This document shows, piece by piece, positions 1 through 12,392 of a stretch of DNA of 64,000 bases. Positions within the stretch are counted from its first letter, which is position 1; each line of letters opens with the position of its first letter. The notes beneath the pieces are model-generated. The model worked only from the letters and a program-made list of their open reading frames with translations. It ran no database searches and was not told the DNA's origin. This DNA is from Octopus vulgaris (taxonomy: Eukaryota), in contig OX597828.1 of assembly GCA_951406725.2 (NCBI GenBank), positions 58,528,001 through 58,592,000 on the forward strand, written 5' to 3'. The position numbers were made by a program, and so were the translations under genes.

Positions 1-57
1 CCAGAATAAAATAGTAGTCAAAGGGGTTTATAAATAAAAAATGGTTGAGAACTCCTG
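1..57. mobile_element. Right end of a hAT-type MITE (same family as 16967-18078)
   Basis: Ends AATGGTTGAGAACTCCTG, matching the terminus at 18061-18078; CAGAATAAAATAGTA also occurs at about 17225. Confidence 0.6.
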
Positions 58-444
58 GTTTAGCCAAACTAATTAACCCCAGTATTCATGTTTTAAAAGT
101 CTGGTACTTATTCTACCAGTCTCTCTCATTGAATAGCTAACCAACACTAACTGTAAAGTGGTAGGTGAGACAAACACACACACACACACACACAAACACA
201 TGCATATATTTAAATATATACAATAGTCTTAGACACAAGATTCATCTTCTAAATTCACTTACAAGTCATAGATCAACCCAGGGCTATAGTAGAAGGCAAT
301 TGCCCAAGGTATTGCACAATGGAACTGAACCCAAAGCCATGTGATTGCAAAGTAAGCCTTATAACCACATGCACACACACACACACACTCTATATACACA
401 CATATATCCAGTATAACCAACTTAATGCTAGCAGTAATGCTACA

Positions 445-1141
445 CATAGATCTAGGACTAGGAAAGTTTTGTGGTTTAACCCAGCTTTCAATATGGCCAT
501 ATAAACAAATATAGGAAGGGAATTCTTAAAATTAGTCTCTAGACATTTTCAACCTGACCATAAGTTTTATTTAATAGAAGAACGCTTAAGATCAGCTATT
601 CTTGCTGCAAAAACTTCGCCTCTTTAATTAACCAACACAACAGTAGGATAACTGCTAATAATCATAGTGCCAATTCTCTTCTTAAAAATTGTAATTGCAA
701 AGATGGGTCCTCCAGTCCGTTGAAAGGAAAATGTCTGGAGAAAGGAATCGTGTATAGAGCCAAGGTGTAGATTGAAGCTCACGCAAATACAGAACACATA
801 CAGGGGCTTCTGAAAATTCTTTCAAAATCCATTTTTATTCGCATAAAAATTCCTTCAGATACCCCAAAAATAGGATGAAGATCAGCCTGGCAAAATTTGT
901 CTGGGAATTAAAAGAAAAAGAAGCCCGACCTTTCAACGTGACATGGAGTATTTTGGATAGAGCTGCACCTTACAGGCATGGTGCACATAAAAGACCCATC
1001 AAATGTGGTTTATGCCTACTGGAAAAATATTTCATTTTATTCCAGGACAATAACTCTTTAAATCAAAGATGCGAACTCTTGAATTCCTGTAGACACGCAG
1101 CTAAATTTAAAATGTCGGCTAGCAATATACCATATGGATAG
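445..1141 (+). mobile_element. Penelope-like element, degraded RT C-terminus/linker plus GIY-YIG endonuclease
   Basis: RKVLWFNPAF..TNIGREFL, CNC..PLKGKCL..GIVYRAKV, and ORF 875-1141 (SLAKFVWELK..WSIL..CGLCLLEKYFIL..LNQRCEL..CRH) are typical Penelope EN motifs; stops and frameshifts present. Confidence 0.85.
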
Positions 1142-2326
1142 TGTATATTTTTGATTCTTGTTGGATTTATTGTATATATTTCGACATATTATTTTCTAGT
1201 TTAAGATTCTACTTTTATTTTATTTCATTTTATTGTATTTTATAAACCCATTTTAATCATTTAATTTATAGATAATTCGATATAGGGTGTTCTATTTTGC
1301 AGGTTTTTTCACCTGAATTTTATTATTATGCACTCAGCAAGTTTTTTCTTAAATAATGTTGTTTGTATATATACGTCAGGACCTAGACATGCTTTTATGT
1401 GGATGTTTGTATTGTTGGCATGCATATGTATTCGTATGTATGCGCCTATGTATATGTGTAAGTAAGCGTGTATGTTTATACTTGTGCACATACATGGATG
1501 TGTGTGTATTCAGGTATTCACTTGGATTTGTATGGATGTGTATTTACATACTTATTTCCATATATTTATATATGTGTGTATTTATTGCTAATATACACTT
1601 TTATATACACATGTTTACGTAATTTTATTTTGTGTACGTTCGTTACACATATTCAGCCTCCTATCTTTCTTTCTTTCTTTCTTTTCCTCCCTTAAGCAAA
1701 AGTACCCCCCCCATTCATTACTTGTAAAGAGTCCTTTAACTTTGCGAGGCATCTCTCCTTCGCTAACTGTTACATATAAGACCCTTCCCTTTTCTGTTTC
1801 TTTCCCCCTCTCTGCCTTTTACTTCTCGTCTATTTTTGCATGCGAGCAAGATTGCATACATACGTATATGTGTATTTGTGTGTGTAGTTACGTCTTACAT
1901 ATATATATGTATGTAGTCTGTGTATATCCATCTGTGTATTTTGATGTATATATGTACATTGATGGTTTAGTGGGCGTATATACTGTTGTAAAATATTTAT
2001 GTAATGCAGCGTGAAAATTTTAATTTTTAACGTATTAATTGTATTAATCGAATTTCATATATAATTATTGGCAATATGTATTTTGAATCCGCTCTTTGAT
2101 TTAAGGTTTTTCCTCGATTTTTATAATAGAGTGAATTTATATTGAATTCATTTATTTGGTTGTGTCTGGGGAGAGTCATTTTCTTTTTGTGCCTTATAAT
2201 GTAACACACACACACACCGGTATTTTGTTTATTGCATGCTTAAGACCGTTATTTGAAAGGGCCAATGAAACAAATCCATTTTTAAAGGTGTATCCTTTAA
2301 CTAGTTTTGATCTGTTCTATTTTAAT

Positions 2327-2373
2327 AAAACTATCCGATGAACGAGAACGTGAAACTCTGAGTAACAGCTTTT
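2327..2373 (+). ncRNA. Degenerate minimal type I hammerhead ribozyme motif
   Basis: CCGATGA(2335)-ACG agaa CGT-GAAAC-TCTGA-GTA. U4 is changed to C and stem I is imperfect; lies downstream of the Penelope ORF on the same strand. Confidence 0.45.
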
Positions 2374-2514
2374 GTTATATTTCTGCTGCTTTTAAATGAA
2401 GTATATTACTCTACCTCTGGTATTTGAGTACTCTTTTTTTCCCACCTTGTTTCACGTTTATGTGCTTACTCTGGTATGTATGTATGTGTGTATGTGTGTG
2501 TGGGGGTGGTGGAA

Positions 2515-3157
2515 GGAAGGAACCCAGTACAACCTGTTACATGGTCGAGCTGTCGGCAACTAAACCGGCAACCCCACCAAGCTTGCTTGGTGAGGAGGGT
2601 GTTTATTGGACACCCTGCGGGATGAAAAACAAAACCCGTCAAAGGGCGGAGGAACCCTTAGGAGTCAACGGTCATCCAATAAATGTGTCATTTTTTTTCT
2701 TTAAGGCTTAAGGCTGTGTCATGTGCGGGGACATAGAAATAATCGGACTGAATACCCGATCGCGCGGTTAAACCATTGGGAGTGAAGGACTCCTAGCCCT
2801 TGTTAGGGCATCCTTCTAGGAGAAGGTAACTCAGGTAACTGGGATAACTCCGACATAAAACCTGCGGCTCAGTGGTTACCGATGATGTTGACTTGTTCTT
2901 CTTTTCGGATTATGGCTGCTGTTGCTTAGTGAGTGGGATTGACTCTGTGCACAGCCTTTCCTCACTTTAAAAAAAATCTTCTTGCACAGGCATTGCACGA
3001 TAACAACATTGTTCATGATTGTTGATGGTGCTGTGAGTCTCAACTGAATGGCTGGCTGTAGCCTTAAAAAGCAAATAAAAGTCACATTCGATCACAGCAC
3101 CAATAACAGTTAAGCCTCGTGCAATCGCCATACTCGATAACGAGGGGGCAGCCATCA
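2515..3157 (+). mobile_element. Probable 5' UTR fragment of an RTE-clade LINE
   Basis: GC-richer island containing GGGCATCCTTCTAGGAGAAGGTAACTC, resembling RTE 5' UTR motifs; no ORF. Confidence 0.35.
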
Positions 3158-3332
3158 AATATATATATATATATAAAACATCATCATCATTGTTTAACGT
3201 TTGTTTTCCATGCTTGCATGGGTTGGATGGTTTGACTGAGGTCTGGAGAACCAGCGGCTGCACCAGACTCCACAGCTGGAGGTCCTTCCTAACGCCAGCC
3301 ATTCTGCAAGTGTAGTAGGTGCTTTTATATAT

Positions 3333-3395
<63 letters not shown>

Positions 3396-3769
3396 CACAT
3401 ACACACATGCACTTCATTTTAGCATTATAATTATTATTTTAGTTTCTCTCTCAAAGCTCTTTCGTCACACATCCTGTGACCTCTTCAGCAACTCTTTATC
3501 CCATGTGTCACCTCTTGTTCTTCTTATTCCATTTTGTCATTCTGTCAAGAGCAGACACATGGGATGAGGAGTCATTGAAGAGGTTACAGGAAGTTTGATA
3601 AAAGAACTTTGACAAAGAACCTAAAATAATGATAATAATAAAGCTGAAGTGAAGGCCAAATATGCAGTTTGTGTGTTTAAGTGTCAAAATATGACCATCC
3701 CCAAGCAAAACAATATCTGTTTCAAAACATGATTTCTCATCAAGAATCTTGCAAAACAGATACATAAAG

Positions 3770-3814
<45 letters not shown>

Positions 3815-3819
3815 TGTAT

Positions 3820-3850
<31 letters not shown>

Positions 3851-4134
3851 ATATGTATGTAGGTAGGGTAAAATACCAGCTGTTTCCTCTTGGAGCACAT
3901 CTGCTTATTCCATTGTTACAATCCAATGTGTTGTTTCTGTTGTTCTGTATGTATAAGTATGTATATGTGCACATGAATGTGTATGTGTACATGTGTATGT
4001 GTGTGTGTACATGTATATCTATATCTCTTCTTTCTTTCCTTTCCTGAGTGTGCAATAACACTATAATTGTTCCACATCCTCGCGTTGTGTTTTCATGTCT
4101 GGATTAACTATATATGTGTGTGTGTGTGTGTATT

Positions 4135-4860
4135 TTCATTGTAAAGAATCCAATTCTTTGCACTCCACAGATTCAGTCTCTTTCACTGAATGCTTCAAAC
4201 GATGCAGTAGAACTCTCGGTTGACGGTCTGGCCCTGCTGGATGAATACTTAATGCTCCAGAGCATGGGCTGCGGGGTCACTCCTAAAAGCTCTATCTACA
4301 ACGATTTCATCTCAATCAAAGGAGAAGGGCTTACTCTGTCCGGGTTGCGGATCCATGGAATAAGCTGCTGGACAAGATAGTGAAGATGCAGACGACCGCT
4401 CGGTTCAAAGTCTCTCTTGACCAGAAATGGCCTGAACTCTTTGTATGACCACCCTCCCTGTACATAACTCCCTGTCCCCCTACATGGCCTTGCTTTTGCT
4501 TTTTGAGCCAATAAAAATTGAATTGAATTGAATTGCATAATACCACGGATGTCGAAAAAAAAACGATGAGTATTCTCTTGACTGAGCTGTCACTTGTGAA
4601 GTGCCTGTGCCACTCAAGATATTATTGCAAACAACCGATTTGCCTCATCACCGTAAGCTTGCCGAAGCATGTTCAATGTCTCTGTAGCAGACTTCACATG
4701 TTTAACACAAAATCTCATGTTGGCTCTTTGTTCCAGCTTCTTATCCATGACAAAATTACAGACCACAGCATATCTGATGCGATCACAAAAACACAAATTT
4801 CACAACTTGCAAAGTAAACGCAGCAATATGTCACTTGGCACACTAATTCATGAAGGTCAT
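4135..4860 (-). mobile_element. Internally deleted mariner transposon, interrupted by a LINE 3' end
   Basis: ORF 4614-4796 EQRANMRFCVK..KSATETLNMLRQAYGDEA is the mariner N-terminal HTH; homologous to the copy at 29504-30340. Confidence 0.8.
4255..4535 (+). mobile_element. 3' end of a CR1-like LINE with (AATTG)n tail
   Basis: Encodes SVRVADPWNKLLDKIVKMQTTARFKVSLD followed by a tandem tail; second copy at 49250-49452. Confidence 0.7.
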
Positions 4861-5044
4861 TGATAGCTCTTACTGATATGTAGTGAAAGATTGGATAATA
4901 AAATATGTCTGTATTGTCATACTGCTGTCCATCCACTTCAAATTAGAATGTGCAGGAAATGAAGGTATGGCATGTATGGAACGACAGATTACATATTGTG
5001 GTTTGGTTGATTTATATACATGTATGTGCATGTGTATATATATA

Positions 5045-5463
5045 TACTCTTTACTCTTTTACTCTTTTACTTGTTTCAGTCATTTGACTGCGGCCATGCT
5101 GGAGCACCGCCTTTAGTCGAGCATATCAACCCCGGGACTTATTCTTTGTAAGCCCAGTACTTATTCTATCGGTCTCTTTTGCCGAACCGCTAAGTGACGA
5201 GGACGTAAACACGCCAGCATCGGTTGTCAAGCAATGCTAGGGGGACAAACACACAAACACACACACATACAAATACACATATATATATATACATATATAC
5301 GACAGGCTTCTTTCAGTTTCCGTCTACCAAATCCACTCACAAGGCATTGGTCGGCCCGGCGCTATAACAGAAGACACTTATCCAAGATGCCACGCAGTGG
5401 GACTGAACCCGGAACCATGTGGTTGGTTAGCAAGCTACTTACCACACAGCCACTCCTGCGCCT
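5045..5463 (-). mobile_element. tRNA-derived SINE, family A
   Basis: Reverse complement of head GGCGCAGGAGTGGCTGTGTGGTAAG with (GAGTAAAA)n tail. Many copies: 6126-6495, 13476-14238, 23525-23952, 31005-31435, 41271-41715, 60978-61338, 62820-63165. Confidence 0.85.
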
Positions 5464-5772
5464 ATATATATATATTTATTCATTTAACAAAATGAATAAA
5501 TAATCCAACATTATAATATCCGAAAGTTGATGAACAAACTAAATTTGTTTCTCCATTTTCTTATTTATATTATAAATATACGGTAAAAATATTTCTTTAC
5601 CTTCACCCGTTTAATACAATAAATGAGTTAATTGCATTGCAATTAAAAACATTTATGTATTAAGAATTTGGGTACTTTACCAACAGTATATTGGATAAAT
5701 AGTATCCCGTAGTGGGTTACTCCCATAACCCCTATCTTACTTTGTACTATATATATATATATATATGAGCTG

Positions 5773-6087
5773 AGCTGAGACCCCCTTTGGTCATGACTGA
5801 CCGTGGGATTGCACCAAGAAAGTTACCCTCCCAGGCACAAGTTCGGGCAAGTCGCCCATGCATACCGGCCTCCCTTCTCCACGCCACCTGTGTTATCCAA
5901 GGGAAAGGCAAAGGCAGATACAGCTTGGCACCTGTGATGTCACAACTCATTTCTACAGCTGAGTGAACTGGAGCAATGTGAAATAAAGTCTTGCTCAAGA
6001 ACACAACACGCAGCCCGGTCCGGGATTCAAACTCACAACCTCATGAGAGTAAGCTCGACGCTCTAACCACTGAGCCATTCGCCTTCA
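5773..6087 (-). mobile_element. tRNA-derived SINE, family D
   Basis: Reverse complement of the element at 19153-19498. Confidence 0.8.
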
Positions 6088-7477
6088 CTATATATATTTA
6101 TGTGTGTGTGTGTATATTTATATATAGGCATGGCTGTGTGGTAAGAAGCCTGCTTCCCAACCACATGGTTCTCGGTTTAGTCCCATTGCGTAGCACCTTG
6201 GGCAAGAGCCTTCTACTAAGGCCTCAGGTTGACCAAAGCCTTGTGGATTTAGTAGACAGAAACTGAAAGAAGCCCATCTTATATATGCATGTATTTATGT
6301 TTGAGTCTTTGTGTCTGTGTTTGTCCCTCCACCACTGCTTGACTGCCGGTGTTGGTGTGTTTATGTCCTCATTACTTAGTGGTTCAGCAAAAGAGACTGA
6401 TAGAATAAGTACTGGGGTTAATTCCTTCTGACTAAAATTCTTCAAGGCAGTGCTCCAGCATGGCCACAGTATAATGACTGAAATAAGTAAAAGACGTATA
6501 TAATGAACCTATTGTATATGGTGCTCAGGTGCATGTCAAAAGAACTGAATCCAAGACCTTACAATCACCAGCAGAACACCATAACCACTGGGCTATGTGC
6601 CTTAACTTCTTTTGTGCCGTACGACTACAGGTTCATAGTTAATATGGAGCCATAACAAAAATGATCTTTGTACTAAAGATCTGCTCATCTAGAGTGGCCC
6701 TGTGGCCACATCAAGAACCAAACACACAGAGAGAAGAACAAAAGGCAACATTTCAATGCACCCATTTCCCTTTCCCCTCTCTCTCTGTCTCTCCCTGTAT
6801 TTTCCTGATGCCTTTCCCTCTATGTTTATGCTGTACAGTTCTACATGCAGCGACATGTAGCATAATTCCTTCCAACCGGCAAATTTGTTTTTGCTTTGAT
6901 GTCAGTTATGTTTAGTCTCTTCAAAAGTAGGTGGTTATTATTTACCCCCAGATAAGAAAACTTACTTGAAAAAGCAAAAGAAAAAAAAAAAGTCCCATCT
7001 TACTTCTTTAAGTAATATTTCTAAGGCTATACCACATAATTTGTCCATTCTTTTAAGATGGTATGGTGTGATTTTGATAGCTACTTGATTGCTATTTCTA
7101 GTAAGTTGTAAGTTGAGCTTGTTTAGTTCCATCTTATGTACAAATCATAACCTACTGGATTAAACACCTTACAGTATTCCATCTGGTTCCTCTATAGTTC
7201 TGGGTTCAAGTCCTGCAGAATTCACTTTGTACTTTGTCTATGGTCAATAAAATTAATATATATATAGTTACATTAATATTAATCGAAGTTTACAGTATTA
7301 TATATCCATTACAGCCAATCTTATCAATCAGTTTCACACTAGGGGTTCGACAGAGTGTTAGGTAACAGCCTGATTATGCAGCCCTGTACTCTTCAGAGAT
7401 AGCAGTTATGGAATGAAATATGGTGACTGCTCTCTATGTTCTGAGTTCAAATCCTGCTAGCTTTCACTTTGCAATAA

Positions 7478-7807
7478 AATTCTTGGATTGGATGGAAAAG
7501 GGACAGTTATATATGATCAATGGAATCAATGTTCCAGTTGAATTCTTGTAGACTTTTTTTAAATGATTTGGTATTGAAGAAGGGATCTTGACTGTGGGCA
7601 TCATAAGTCCCCCACGACTAGTTAGAGGAATGTTCAAGAGAGACATCAGCCACATTCCTCTAACTAGTCTTGGGGGACTTATGATGCCCACAGTCAAGAT
7701 CCCTTCTTCAATACCAAATCATTTTAAAAAAGTCTACAAGAATTCAACTGGAACATTGATTCCATTGATCATATATAACTGTCCCTTTTCCATCCAATCC
7801 AAGAATT
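7478..7807. repeat. Near-perfect long inverted repeat (156-bp arms, 18-nt loop)
   Basis: Arm 7478-7633 is the reverse complement of 7652-7807 with two mismatches by manual comparison; explains the mirror ORFs 7464-7697(-) and 7588-7818(+). Confidence 0.95.
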
Positions 7808-9159
7808 ACTGTAAATGATAGGAGTTCTGTTTTCTTTTCTTCAATAAATAACTAAATAAATAAAACCTGTGACAAAAAAAAAATCAATAATTCAATATTA
7901 ATGTGTTTTAAGATATCCAGGACTTCATCCAACTAAATAACTCTGATGAAACAATAAAGATAAAATCTATTGAAAAAGATTACAAATAAATTGTTTGATG
8001 CTGCTGGTAACTAACATCAAATCAAAGGTGGCCTTGAAGTGTTTCTATAACAAAGAAGAGTGACACACAATAAACAAACCCATCATGTGGTGGGAGTTGT
8101 GCGTTTTGAATGTCTATATAAACATGAATGTTAGCGAGTGGGTGTATATATATTAGTCAGCAAGTGTTTTAGTGAATATGTATGAAAGCAGGTATAGCTG
8201 AGATGTTAAGATGTTTGCCTTGCAAATCAAAGATATCGGGTTTGATCTCATAGAGTTCAGCAAGTGTGATTTTTTTTTTGTCTGTCTGTCTGTCTTTTAT
8301 CTTTTACTTGTTTCAGTTATTAGTCTGTGGCCATGTCGGAGCACCACTTTGAAGAATTTTTTAGTCAAATGAATCGATCCTAGGACTTATTTTTTTTAAA
8401 AGTCTGGCAGTTATCCTATCAGCCAAACCACTAAGCCACAGGGACATAAACACACCAGCACCAAGCTGTCAAGTGGTGGTGGAGGACAAACACAGACACA
8501 AAGACACACACACACACACAGATATATGCATACATACAATGGACTTCTTTTCAATTTCCATCTACCAAATCCACCCACCAGACTTTGGTTGTGCATTTTT
8601 TTAAAACCATAGCTACAGGTTGGCTCAAGTCTTCTGAGTGAAATTCCATTAAAAAAAACACCCTGTATGGTGTAGCATTGTTAGTTGTTGCATTGCTCAA
8701 GTAAATCTTAAAATCAAAAGTCTTCTCACCATAAACACCCTATTTTTTTGTTAAGCATATTGTATCAAGGTGTATATTATCCAAAATGTATCTCTCTTTT
8801 ATAGGAATGGCTGTGTAGTTGAGAAGCATGCTTTCCAACCATGTCACCTTGGGTTCAATCCAACTGTGCAGCACATTGGGAAATTCTCTTTCATTACAGC
8901 TCCATGCCGACCAAAGCCTTAAATATCCTATAATTGTCATTACTGTATTGATATATAAAATAACACATGCAACTCATTTATTATTGTCATATAATAAACA
9001 AACAGAAGTTCATGTATGAAGTTGATCTTTTTTCTACTTCAGCTATTACATGTTTTTTCTTATAAAATACACACATACAGGAGGAGTAAACCTATATATA
9101 TATATATATAACACTTTGAATGTAACTCCCAAGAAAGAGTAAAAGTAATTACCCGATCA

Positions 9160-9743
9160 ACAATGGGTATTACTGCTAGTATTCAATGAAATACTGGAAA
9201 GAGTGATGGAAGAGTGATAATGTTGGGAGCCACTTACAGTATATTTGATAAAGTACCAGAGAGAGAGAGAGAGAGAGAGAAGAGAAACAACAAAGGGAGC
9301 TACTTACACTATAATTGATAAGGTACCGGAGAGGGAAATAGAAGAAAGAAAATAGCGGGAACCACTTAGGCTATAATTGATGAAATACTGGAGAAAGAGA
9401 CAGAAAAGAGACAACAACAGGAGCTACTTACAGTCTATTTGATAAAATACTGGGGGGAGTAACAGAAGAGAATCAAAAATGAGAGCCACTTACAGCATAA
9501 TTGATAAGGTACTGGTGAGAGAAATAAAAGAGATCAACAATTGTAGCCACTTAGAGTGTATTAGATAAAGTGCTGGAGAGAATGATGGGAAAGAACCAAC
9601 AGTGGGGACCACTTACACTATAATTGATAAAGTAATGTAGAGAATGGCAGGAGACAACAATGGGACTCACTTAACCCTAAATATGGTTAAATACTGGAGG
9701 GAGTAATTGAAGAGAGACAGCAATGGTAGCCAATTATATTATA
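9160..9743. repeat. Degenerate tandem array of about 62 bp (9-10 units)
   Basis: Core GGGAGCCACTTACA..TAATTGATAAAGTACTGGAG recurs; ACTTA at 9232, 9302, 9364, 9426, 9488, 9549, 9611, 9669. Confidence 0.9.
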
Positions 9744-9981
9744 TATTTCTTTACTACCCACAAGGGGCTAAACACAGAGGGGACAAACGAGGACAGACAA
9801 ACAGATTAAGTCAATTACATTGGCCCCAGTGCATAACTGGTACTTATTTAATCGACCTCAAAAGGATGAAAGGCTAAGTTAACCTTGGTGGAATTTGAAC
9901 TCAGAACGCAGTGGCAGACGAAATACCGCAAAGCATTTCGCCCGGCGTGCACTAACGTTTCTGCCAGCTTGACGCCTTATG
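9744..9981 (-). mobile_element. SINE family B with 13-bp TSD
   Basis: TSD CAATTATATTATA at 9731-9743 and 9982-9994. Body GCCTTTCATCCTTT..GGTCGAT..TAAGTACC is shared with copies at 17395-17985 and 43421-43644. Confidence 0.85.
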
Positions 9982-11024
9982 CAATTATATTATAATTCAA
10001 GAAATAGGGAGTTCAGTTAAGTGAACAACAGGAACCCTAATGATCAAAGCAAACAGGGCATTTGTTTCCTCTGGCTCTTTATATGCTGAATTGTAAAATA
10101 GACCGATAGAATAAATACTAGGCTTACAAAGAATAAGTTCTGGGGTCAATGGGCTCAACTAAAGGTGATGCTCCAGCATGGCCACAGTCAAATGACTGAA
10201 ACAAGTTAAAGAAGAGAGATATATGGTTATACATGCGCTCGTATGTAAATAGTGTCGTAAATTTTTCTGTATTTGTAAATGTGTGTGGGAAGATGAACAG
10301 CTTCATGAAACATTGATATATGGTTAAATAGAAACACAAGTGGAGAAATATTGATATGTAGGATATTCTAAATATCTTTTAAGTGGAAGTTTTACTGAAA
10401 TTAGCAAACAAGTACAAACTTGTTATCCTCAAAAGATTTATAGACCAGAATATTAACTATTTCATAAAGGGATTCATGTTGGGCCGTCTTTTCAGTAACA
10501 ATGTTTCCATACAAGCAAACAGATGGATGAATAAAGAGAAAACTAAGAACAATTATTGACTTATGAGATGACGGAGTCAATCGAAGGGTATTGGAAAAGC
10601 TGGTGAGGGGTGGGTGGTTGCTATCCGGTTGCTGGTAGTGTGTTGCATCGGTGGTGAAGATGTTTAGCAGTGCAATCTATCTGATAGAAAATAAGGAACA
10701 ATTCACTGCTGTAAACATCTACCTCCACCTCTCTAATAGGAATTGAAGGGGCCCATAGATAAATAATGATTGAGAACCACAGAGTTAGATATAAGTTTTG
10801 TGGTTCAAGAAAGACTTAACTTTTATTAATATATAGGTGTAGGAGTGGCTGTGTGGTAAGTAGCTTGCTTACGAACCACATGGTTCCAGGTTCAGTCCCA
10901 CTGCTGTAAAGAGTGGAAACATTGTGAAATTGATAAATGTTTTGTTACTGAAGGGAACTAGGTTCCAGTTGGACTTGCGTGAAAGCTAACATGATCAATC
11001 ACCTCTTTCATGGGTATCTCTCAT

Positions 11025-11460
11025 TATCATCATCATCATCATCGTTTAACGTCCGCTTTCCATGCTAGCATGGGTTGGGCGGTTCAACTGGGGTCTGGGA
11101 AGCCAGGAGGCTGCACCAGGCTCCAGTCTGATCTGGCAGTGTTTCTACAGCTGGATGCCCTTCCTAATGCCAACCACTCCGTGAGTGTAGTGGGTGCTTT
11201 TTACGTGCCACCGGCACAGAAGCCAGTCAAGAGGCACTAGCATCAGCCATGTTCGAATTGTGCTTTTTACATGCCACCGGCATGGAGGCCAGTCGAGGCG
11301 GCGCTGGCTACGGCCACGTTCAGATGGTTCTTTTACGTGCCACGGGCACTGGTATCACAACTGCAATTTCCATTGATTTTTGATTGATTTCGATTTCACT
11401 TGGCTCAACAGGTCTTCGCAAGCAGTAGACTGGCTACATCCTAGGTAGAGGCCACGGGTT
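11025..11460 (-). mobile_element. SINE-like family C with (GAT)n tail
   Basis: (CAT)n-CGTTTAACGTCCGCTTTCCATGCTAGCATGGG signature; copies near 3180, 13050, 14300-14752, 22800-23105, 24660-25095, 36110, 43160, 56500-56900. Confidence 0.8.
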
Positions 11461-12308
11461 ATGGTCTCACTTGTCCAAAAATCAAGCAATTTATTTAGTT
11501 ACACTGTGCAACACAATTTTTGTCCTCGTGTAGCAACTGTTATTTCCTATTTGCTTACTCCTGGAAAGTATGAGAAATGGCTAACATTTCCTTCAAACAT
11601 TGCTTTTGTTACAATATTTATTCAAACTCCAAAGAGTCCCTCTCAACACATGGCTTTGATGCTCCCCCACTACTCCTGCACACAAGACACACATACACAT
11701 ACTTAAGACAGAATGAGAAAAAACAAAGAAAGAAATAAGTAAACAAACAAAAGAAAAAACAACTAAATGGAAGACACAAGTACAGAGTAGTAAGTAAAGT
11801 CATATACATGCACACACACACACACACATGCGTAGATAAGGATACACAGCACAGAAAGATTGGACTAAATAGAACAAAAGGAGACACATGGGATGGAGAG
11901 TTACTGAAGAGGTCACAGGAGGTGTGACAAAAAGATTTCAGACAAAGGACACTAAAACAATAATAATCATAAAACTGAAGTACGAATGAGTATATAGTGC
12001 ATGTGTTTCTTGGGGAGGTGAGGATGGCCATTCCCAAATATAACAATATCTGTTGCAGCACATGATTTCGCAGGAATCTTGCAAAACAAATTCCTAAACA
12101 TAACAACATATATTAAATACATTTATTTTCAGTTAGCAAAGTTTCTATTTCAACCTGTATTTACTTCATTGATTTTTTTTCCTGGGAAAGGCTTTACAAC
12201 TCCTAACTACCTCTCTTCTATCAATTTGAGTAAATTTTTTTTTACCAATGTAACAACTTTTATTATTGTCTTCAGGTGGTGGTAACACAGTGATGTTTGC
12301 AGCAGAGG

Positions 12309-12309
12309 C

Positions 12310-12391
<82 letters not shown>
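12309..12391. repeat. Compound (TAG)n(CAG)n(TAG)n microsatellite
   Basis: Directly visible; produces the spurious poly-Leu ORF 12207-12437. Confidence 0.95.

Positions 12392-12392
<1 letters not shown>

Noticed and set aside
1309-4061. Many 60-145 aa ORFs rich in Y/I/C/V/H/T
   Set aside because: These are translations of (TA)n, (CA)n and (TG)n microsatellites; the same applies to similar ORFs across the window.
7633-7641. TTCAAGAGA, the common synthetic shRNA loop, at the palindrome centre
   Set aside because: The loop is 18 nt, the arms are 156 bp, and there is no Pol III promoter or vector sequence; most likely coincidence.
7940-7985. CTGATGA...GAAA hammerhead-like spacing
   Set aside because: No valid stem III/NUH triplet or stem I.
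9160-9743. CRISPR-like repeat/spacer appearance
   Set aside because: Repeats are highly degenerate, spacers are mutually homologous purine tracts, the context is eukaryotic and there are no cas genes.
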